Below the pieces are notes generated by a model. The model saw only the letters and a list, made by a program, of their open reading frames with translations, did no database searches and was not told the DNA's origin. A DNA stretch of 64,000 nucleotides from the IMG/VR virus record IMGVR_UViG_3300022893_000001, positions 1 through 64,000 of that record; one strand, 5' to 3'. Positions 20,228 through 28,700 of the stretch are shown piece by piece (the first letter of the stretch is position 1; each line of letters starts with the position of its first letter). The DNA comes from a virus. Its lineage: Duplodnaviria > Caudoviricetes. Made by a program: the position numbers and the translations under genes.

Positions 20228-21199
20228 ATGCCGTCAGAATGGGTTAACGATTTTCAGCCGGCAGGAGCCGCTCCCGCCGCTCCCAAGCCGATGGGGGCCG
20301 CACCCGCGCCCATGCAGCAACCGGCACCACCGGCACAACGAAGGCCGATGGGACGCCAGCAGATGCAGCAGCCCGGCGGGGCTCCTCCCGGCGGCGGCGG
20401 TGGCCGCTGGTGGCAGAACCCAGGCGGGGCGATCCGGCCCCCGATGGGTGGTGCGCCCCCTGCGGCTGGTGGAGCTCCCCCGGCTGCGGGCGGTGCGCCT
20501 CCTGCGACGGGCGGTGCGCCTCCTGCCCAAGGTGGTAGCCTGCAAGCCGCGCCTCCCGGTACGAATCCCGCCTGGTCTGCCGTCAGTCAGGCACAACGCT
20601 TCGCGCAGCCTGCGGCACCCGCTGCCCCGGCCCCCGCTGCCGCACCACCCCCCGCACCGGCCCCGCCCCCGGCGGCACCGCCGCCAGCGCAGGGCAGTTC
20701 CTTGCAAGCCGCTCCCTCCGAAGGCAACGCCCAGTCTGCCTGGCAAGCGATTGCCGGCAACATGCAGAAGGGTTTGCAGGGGTATCCGTCCAGGGAAGCT
20801 GATCCTAGAGGGGCCGATCCCAGATCGGACATGGCGCGGGCGCAAGAACAGCAGCGGTACGAACAGAGCCAAAGACAGTACGCGGCGGGCCCCGGCGGCG
20901 GCGGGCAATTTGACCGGGCCAGTTATTTTGAGCCAGACCGCCGCAGTCGGGCGTTCGGACCCCCGCCTCCCAACGGAGTAGCCAGCTACGGCGTTGCGCC
21001 CGTGGAAGACAGGGCCCTCCAAGTCGCGCCCGAGTCGGCGGATGCGCGCACCGCCATCGAAGCTGCCGCCGGTCCCGCCCCGCCTCCAGAGTCTTCGCTT
21101 GTTTCCGCAGCCGCCGGCCGAGGACTTCCGCCTCGTGGCATGGGACGCGGCGGAATGGGACGTTCGTTTGGCCGAGGACGAGGTGGTCCGGTCTATTAA
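20228..21199 (+). CDS. Pro/Gly/Ala/Gln-rich disordered protein with RGG-type tail
   Basis: RBS GGAGG before ATG 20228; GGAPPA tandem repeats; C-terminal RGMGRGGMGRSFGRGRGG. Confidence 0.6.
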   Translation: MPSEWVNDFQPAGAAPAAPKPMGAAPAPMQQPAPPAQRRPMGRQQMQQPGGAPPGGGGGRWWQNPGGAIRPPMGGAPPAAGGAPPAAGGAPPATGGAPPAQGGSLQAAPPGTNPAWSAVSQAQRFAQPAAPAAPAPAAAPPPAPAPPPAAPPPAQGSSLQAAPSEGNAQSAWQAIAGNMQKGLQGYPSREADPRGADPRSDMARAQEQQRYEQSQRQYAAGPGGGGQFDRASYFEPDRRSRAFGPPPPNGVASYGVAPVEDRALQVAPESADARTAIEAAAGPAPPPESSLVSAAAGRGLPPRGMGRGGMGRSFGRGRGGPVY

Positions 21200-21202
21200 G
21201 CT

Positions 21203-22735
21203 ATGGCCTCCTACCCTCCCCTGAAGTACGGTACGCCGCCCATCATCGATCCGCGAACCCAGCGGCCATTCGAAGAAGAGGAAGATCCGTTGGGCATGGG
21301 CATGAACACTCGGCGGAATATAGACGCTGTCCCCGCGCGCGTGCTTCCCCCGGCTCCGGTTCCAGGGCAATACGGGAATACCGGCTTCGAGCGGCCAGGG
21401 CAGTATGCGAATTCTCCCACCGGGCCCCCGCCGCCGGGCCCGCGATTCACCGACCAGGTCATGGGCGGCGGAGGCGAGTCGCAAGACGAGTGGAATCGTG
21501 GCGGGCTCGATGATGTCCTGGCGAGTAATCCTCTGCCATTGCCTGAAGTGCCAAAAGGTCCGATCCAGACCCTCACTGGCAAACCGCCTACGGTAGGTGA
21601 AGAGTGGATCGACCCGGGCGAAGACCCGTTCCTGACCGACTGGAACTCTGCCGCTGCGGAACGTGACGCCCACAAACGGGCGAAGCCGCTGATGGGTGAC
21701 AAGAAGTACGACAAGCCGCTCTGGCAGAAGCTGCTCATGGTTGGCTCGAACGCCGCCGCAGGGTACGTCAATGCCGGCCGGCGCACGCACATCGATCCGT
21801 TCAGCGACAAGGAAATTGCGGCCCGGCCCAAGTACACCGCCGCGATGGACGAATGGGGTACCGAGGAGAAGGCGCTCGAATCCAGGATGGGGAGCCTGCA
21901 GCAGAAGTACCAACTGCGGCGCCAGGCCGATGCCGACCAGCGCGCCAACAAACTCTCCAAGCGCCAGGACATCATCGCCGATGCCCAGATCGAAGAGCTC
22001 AACGCGCGAGCCGAGCAGCGACGCCGGCCCCCGGTGGTCAAGCCCACCAACCCGTTCATGTATACGCCTGGCGGCGCGCTGAACACGCTGACGGGAAAGA
22101 TCCAGGAGGGGACCGAGCCACCGGAGAAGCAGCAGAAGATCGATGCGCAGCAAGTAATTTTGGATCCTAAGTCGACGCCGGAACAGATTGAGAAGGCGAA
22201 AGACTACCTGCGGATGATCCATCCCCCGAAGCAGGGCGGCGGTGGCGGGGCCAGCGGCGTCATGGAGCGGTTCGAGGCCACTCAGCGCCGGCTCGAATTG
22301 CAGAACCAGCGCAAGATGCAGACCGACGTCGACGAGATCGAGTACGGCGTTCCCGGCAAGCCGGGACTGTGGCAGCGGCGTTCCAAGATTGGCAACGAGA
22401 TGTCTGCGCTCGACAAGAACAAGCCCAAGCCCGGCACTCCTGAATCGAGCGACGAATACCAGAAGTGGCTGAAAACCTGGAAGGCGAACGCCGATCCGGA
22501 CGCTGCCGCCGAGTACGACATCCTCACCAACGAACTGCGCAACGTCACCAAGAAGAAGCTCGACAACGGCTGGATTGACCGCGACCAGTACAACAAGATC
22601 ATGCAGGGCTTGGCCGGCGGTGCGCCTGCCGGTGGTGGGGGCGCGGCGGCTACGGGCGGCGGCGGGCAGCAGACCACGGGCAAGACGACGCCGGGCAAGA
22701 TGCGCAAGCACCTTGGGGCATTCGACTCTCAGTAG
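21203..22735 (+). CDS. Ejection/internal virion protein
   Basis: Pro-rich N-terminus then charged helices; position in ejection cluster. Confidence 0.6.
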   Translation: MASYPPLKYGTPPIIDPRTQRPFEEEEDPLGMGMNTRRNIDAVPARVLPPAPVPGQYGNTGFERPGQYANSPTGPPPPGPRFTDQVMGGGGESQDEWNRGGLDDVLASNPLPLPEVPKGPIQTLTGKPPTVGEEWIDPGEDPFLTDWNSAAAERDAHKRAKPLMGDKKYDKPLWQKLLMVGSNAAAGYVNAGRRTHIDPFSDKEIAARPKYTAAMDEWGTEEKALESRMGSLQQKYQLRRQADADQRANKLSKRQDIIADAQIEELNARAEQRRRPPVVKPTNPFMYTPGGALNTLTGKIQEGTEPPEKQQKIDAQQVILDPKSTPEQIEKAKDYLRMIHPPKQGGGGGASGVMERFEATQRRLELQNQRKMQTDVDEIEYGVPGKPGLWQRRSKIGNEMSALDKNKPKPGTPESSDEYQKWLKTWKANADPDAAAEYDILTNELRNVTKKKLDNGWIDRDQYNKIMQGLAGGAPAGGGGAAATGGGGQQTTGKTTPGKMRKHLGAFDSQ

Positions 22736-22743
22736 GTTGAACA

Positions 22744-25700
22744 ATGGCAGCGCCATCCCTAGCAGCCCCCAAAGGCTTCGATCTCGACGGAGCACGCCGG
22801 GAGGGTTACAACGATACCGAGATCGCGGACTACCTCGCCGGCTCGCGGGGCTTCGATATTGCCGGGGCGCGCAAAGAAGGCTATTCCGATCAAGAGATAA
22901 TCGGGCACCTCAACAAGCCGAAAGCGATGGCGTCGACCGTGCCTGGGGCCGAGCGCACCGGCACGCCTGGTCTGCAGAAGACGGCGGCGATCCCGCCCGA
23001 GCTCGGCGGGCCTCCCACGCCCAGGCAGGAACCTCAGCAGCCTACCCCGATGGCACCGCCCGACTATTCGGCGGGCGATCTCTACCAATCCAATCAGCCT
23101 ACCGACCTTGGTTTCGAGCCAACCGTGGACCCCTTCTCAACAGGTCCAGCGCGCGCGCCTCGTCCTCAGATGACCCAGCAAGCCGCTGGCGACGAGATGA
23201 CCCGCGTGGCGCGCGGGGACGTGGGAGCATCGCCCTATCCGAAGCCAGGCCGCTTGCCGATCCTCGGCGGGCGAGTGGCCCCCAAGCCTTTCTACCAGCT
23301 TGAGAAGCCCGGTGTCGCGGGCATCCCCGGCACCGAGCGCACCGGGTTGCCCGGCGTCCAATCAGTGGCCCAACCGCGAGTGGAGTATGACCCGCTCGGC
23401 GCGCGCCCAGACGCGCAGTATTTAGCCAAGCTGCACGCCGGTATCCCGGTCGAATCCGACGAGATCCCCAGTGCCCAGTCGATGCCAGGCGCGGCCGGGC
23501 TGATCTCGAAAGTCGGTTCACGCAGCGCACTGGGAGTGGTTAAATCGCTGGGCACCTCCGGGAGACTTCTCGGCGACACGCCCGGCCAGCGCGGCATGAT
23601 CGGGCTGAAACAAGCGGGCACAGCCATCGAGGACGTCACGCAACTGATGCTCGATCAGATCCCGCCGCCTACCCTGGAAGAATCCCACCTGATCGGCAGC
23701 AAGAACTTCGTTGAGGATCCGAACCAGCTTCGCAATCCCTATTACATGGCGAACCTGGGAGCCAATGCCGGCGGCTCGATGGTGGCCTTCATGCTGCCGG
23801 AAATTGCGCTCTTCCGAGGCGCTGCCTTGGCGGCTACCGGCGCGCGCGCTGGCGTGCTCTCTTCGATTGCCGAGACGATGGCGAACTCGGCAGAGGTCTA
23901 CCAACAGGCCAAAGACGCGGGCATGAGCGAGATCGAAGCCGCTGACCTGTTCCGCAAGAACATCCCCCTCGATTTCCCGATCACCTACGGGATGAACCGG
24001 CTGGGGATCTTCAACGACAAGCTCAAGAGCAGAACGGCTCGCGCGGTTCTCAGCCCGGTCACCGAAGCCGCGCAGGAAGTGGGTCAGGCGGTTCCCCAGA
24101 ACTACTTACTCAAGCAGCCGCTCTTCAAGGGATGGGAAGAGAACGCCCTCGGCTCCGCGTTCGGCGGTCCAGTCGGGGCGATGATGAGCCCGGTCGACAC
24201 TTTGATGGGCGCACCGCCCACGCCGCACCACGACACCACGCAGTACCAACCTGGCCCGCAGGGCCCGCAAACCTCCAGGTACCCGCTGTTAAGCCAGGCT
24301 GGAACAGCGGCCCCCGTCGTTCCGCCCTCGGCCCCGCACCACGAGCTTCCCCCGGACCCATACGAAGGGCCCCTCGACGCCTACGGCGGCGGCGCGGCCC
24401 GAGAAGCGCCAGCGGTCCCCACGGTGTCTCCCTTCCCACGGGTTCAGACTCCCCCGCCTGGCGTCGACCTGGGCCATGTGCGGCCGCTCGACAAGGAAGG
24501 GGAGAAGCCGCCAGAGCAGACTGCGCCGCCGGAACAGAAGCAACCTCCTCCGCCGCCCCCGAATGTGGACGCGGTCTACGAGGACGCGAAGACCTTCGCC
24601 GCGGATCTTCCGGAGCTCGGCGTAGGCGCGATCCGCCGGCAGTTCGGCGTCACCAAGGACGATGCCCGCGTGATCCTCGACCGCATGGTCGCAGACGGGC
24701 TCTTCGCGCAGAAGGAATTGAAGGGCGGCGGCACCTCGTTCGTCAACCTCGCCTGGCAGCGCGGCCAGGCCGGCAAGGGGATGGTGACCAAGGGCAAAGG
24801 CGTTGAGGAAGCTGTCTCCGAGTTCCTTCCGCCGGATGAGGAAGAGGAGGCTCCGCCGCCAGGCCAGCAAGCCCCGCCCCCCGGCCAGCCGCCGCCCTCA
24901 TCGCTTGAAGATCAACGAAAGGAGGGGGAAGAACAGAGACAACAAGAGCCGCCAGCATTGGGGCAGGCACCTCCGCCTGCCACAGCGGCCCCTCCCCAGA
25001 TCGACGCGGGCAAGGTCACCTCGATTGAGGAGCGCCCCGAGCGGCCACCCGAGCCCCGGCTCGCCGAAGACGTATTCGAGATGGATCCGAATACCATCGA
25101 GGCCGATCCGGTTCGCTTCCAGTTCAAACGGGATACCGGCGGCAAGGCTGGAGTAGGCGATGAACTGAAAGACCCAGACGTCCCCTGGAACCGCCGGATG
25201 GCCGGCACAATCACCGTCTGGAAAGACCCGGCAGACGGCAAGACCTACGTCGTCAACGGGCACCACCGGCTTGAGAAAGCCCAGCGCATGGGCGTTCCCA
25301 GTATCAAAGTGCAGTATTCCACTGCAAAAACGGCCCAGGAAGCCAGGGCCGAGGGCGCGCTCGACAACATCGCCGAGGGCAGAGGCACCGCCATCGACGC
25401 GGCCAAGTTCCTGCGCGACACCGGCATCACTCCCGAGGAAGCCAAGGGGCGCGGCGTTCACCTCAAAGGCGAAAAGGCCAGGCAGGGTACCGCGCTCGCC
25501 AAGCTGCCAGACAGGCTCTTCGAACAGATCCTGAGCGGAGACTTGAACGTCGAACGGGCCACGATTATCGGCGAAGGGCTCACCAATCCGGACGACATGC
25601 TGGCAGTGGCAGAGGCCGGCTCGAAGATGAACGACGCCCAGTTGCGGGAACTCATCCGGCGTCAGAGCGGCCGAGCTCGAACCGAAGAGACTCAGGTTTC

Positions 25701-28700
25701 CCTGTTCGGGGAAGACGTCATCTCGAAGAGTCTGATCCGCGAAGAGGCCACGCTGTCGGAAGCCATCCGGAAGCAACTCTCGAACGAGAAGCGGCTGTTC
25801 GCCACAGTCGGAACCAAGGGCGCAGCGACGACGCTTGAACAGGGCGGGAACGTCATCGCTACCGACAAGAACCGCGCCATCGCCGATGCCGCCGCGCAGG
25901 CTCTGGAGATCTATGACCGTCTGAGTCTACAGACTGGTCCGGTTGCCGATGCCTTAGCCGCCGGGGCCAAGGAGATGGCCGGCGGCGCGAACTTTGCTAC
26001 CGTCAGGGAGAACACTTATGCCGCAGTCCGAAACGCCGTACAGGAAGCTATCGGCGGAGGAAAAGAATCGCGTGCTGGACAGCCTCAGGCGCAAGATCGA
26101 GGCCGGGACGCTGGTACCGGAGAACGAGCACCCGCCGGCCCAGCAAAAGCAGCCCCCGCAAAAGTAGAGGAGATCGGCAAGGTCACCTCGGTCGAGCAGG
26201 GCGAGACATTCACCGCGCGGATGCAAGCCGCCGAGACTGCCGATGAGGGGCGGAAGATCCTGGGCGAGGCCGAGAAGGCCATTGGTAGCCTGCAGCAGGA
26301 CATTGGCGTCACGCCTACAGTTGGACAGGTCGAGCCGAATTACTTTGTAGGGCTCCACGTTCTTAACGACAAAACCATCAAGAAGGCGGTCAAAGAGGCC
26401 CAGGCCAAAGATCCGGCCAAGGCGGCGCAACTCGAAGCCATGATGCGCGACGCCTTCCACGCTCGCGAGAAGGAATGGCCGCGCCTCCAGGGCATCGAGG
26501 ACCAGAGGGAAGCGGATCGCTACGAGGAATTCAAGGCCCAGCGAGGACCGAAACTCCCGAAGGAACTGACCAAAGCCGCCCCGCGCTACGGCGCATTCGA
26601 ACTCCAGTTTGAGTCCGATGTTGACAAGGCTGCGTACATCACAGCCCAGGCGAAACCCTCCAAGCGGGATGCCGACTATCTCAAATTTGTGATGGACGCC
26701 ACCGGCAAGTCGGAGGCCGAGGTCCGGAAGGCAGGAGCCGCCATCCGCGCCTCCCTCAAGACGATAGCGAAGGGCGCTGATCCCGCCGATGGCCCGCTTG
26801 AGGTTCCTCTTCATGTCCAGGTGAAACCGGGCGAGGACTTGGGCCGCGTCTCCTCCGTAGAGGCGAAGCCGAAGCAGACCGGCCCCATGAGCCCGCTCGG
26901 CAAGATGGGGCCGGCCAAACCGAAAGCGGCGGTCTACCACGGGGACGTCTCCGACCGGGAAATCACCGAGGAGAATCTCAAGAACGACGTTGAGACGGGC
27001 GTCTGGCGCTTCGCCACCGCGCGCGGGCGCACCGGCAAGGGCCGCACCGGCACGGTCTACACCAACCAGGCGGGGATGCGCGTCCTGCAAAACGTCTTCG
27101 AGATGGAACGGCTTGAGGGCGTCTCGATGGACGACGTCAATGTCGCCAAGCTGCTCACCGCCCTCGACAAGAATCTCAGTCTGAGGGATCTGAGTCCGGA
27201 AGGCCGCGCCGCCCTGAGGGAGTTCAAGAAGAATCTGAACGAGTACCGGCAGCAGCATGGGCCCGGCGCATCCATCAGCTTTGTTGTGGCCGAGCGCGGC
27301 CACGGCATGGGCATCCGCAAGACGATCCGCGAGGAACTGATTCACGGCATTCAGCGCATCTTCGGGATTAACTCCGTGGACACCGTCGAAAACATGCTGC
27401 TGATGCCGGCCTTTGACAAGGCGTGGACGTGGCTGGAAGAAAACGGGTACCCAGATATAGGGGCGATGGACGCTCTCGACGAGATTACCGCCAAGGTGCT
27501 CGCCGGGGAGGATGTAGGGCTTACCCTGGAAGAGCAGCTTACGGTAGCCAAAGCCTACCGAAAGGCGCTGATCGAAGCACACGGTAACGACGTAGTCACA
27601 CTGTTCCGATACGTCAAAGCCGGCGAGGTGAAGGAGACATTCCGTGGCACAGAGACGCGAAAAGAAGATGGTGGACGCGCCGCCCCAGTTCAGCAAGAAA
27701 GCGGTTTCGAACTTCAACGAGGCGCAGTTAGCGGCCGAGGCGGCACGGTTAGCCGGGGAGGACGAGGAGAAGGCGTTCGAGAACGCCTTACGCTCTCGGT
27801 GGAGCCAGTCGGGCGAATCACCCGATTCCTCCGAAGACTCCACGGCGGGTCGCAAGCCCAGTTAGTTCAGGCGTCCAACGGCAAATACTACGTCGTCAAG
27901 TTCGCCGACAACCCGCAGGACGCGCGGGTTCCCGTCAACGAACTGATAGCCGGGCGTCTCTTCCACGCGCTTGGCTTCAAGACCCCGCTGCCGGTGGTTC
28001 TCGAATATGGCGGGGACCAGGATCTGTCCTACGTCTGGCACGGCGGGAAGGAACTGAAGATCAAGGCCGGCCCGGCAATCGCCACCGAGTTCGTCGTCGA
28101 CCCCGAGCGCGGCGGCAAGGTCTATGACGAACTGCGGGACAGCGACTTCTCCAAGGTGACCAACGTTTCCGACCTGGTCAATGCCCTGGTGGTCGACAAG
28201 TGGCTCGCCAACTGGGACTCGCGCCAGGCAGTCTTCCACGCAGACAGTTCCGGCGAAGGCTATGTCGTCACGCTGATCGATCACGGCTTCGTCTTCAACG
28301 GCGATAGTTGGCAGTTCAAGACCAACGCTTGGTCCGGTGTGTACCACCAGCAGAACGTCTACGATGGCGTCCGGTCGATGGACGACTTTGCCCCCACCAT
28401 CGAAAAGATCCGGAAGCTCGATCCGGATTACATCCGTAGCATGTTTGAGGCGGTCCCGGAAGAGTACAAGGAATTCGCCGATGACGAAGACCGGGGGCAT
28501 CTGGCCGATGAAGTAATCAAACGCCGCGCCAAGCTCGAAGACTTCATCCTCGAACTCACTAACGTCAAATTCGGCCAGTTCACATTCAACAACTGGGAAG
28601 GTCACAAGGCGCGGAGGCCCGGCCAGGGGTTGCTGTTCTCGCGCAAGAAGAACACGATTCAGGGCGAGCAGAGTCAACTTGGGTTGTTCGACCTGGCCGC

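Noticed and set aside
24917-24926. Strong RBS-like AAAGGAGG inside the giant gene
   Set aside because: No start codon at a usable distance; other +1/+2 ORFs in the gene (24803, 28844, 31334) are S/R/P-rich shadows without RBS.
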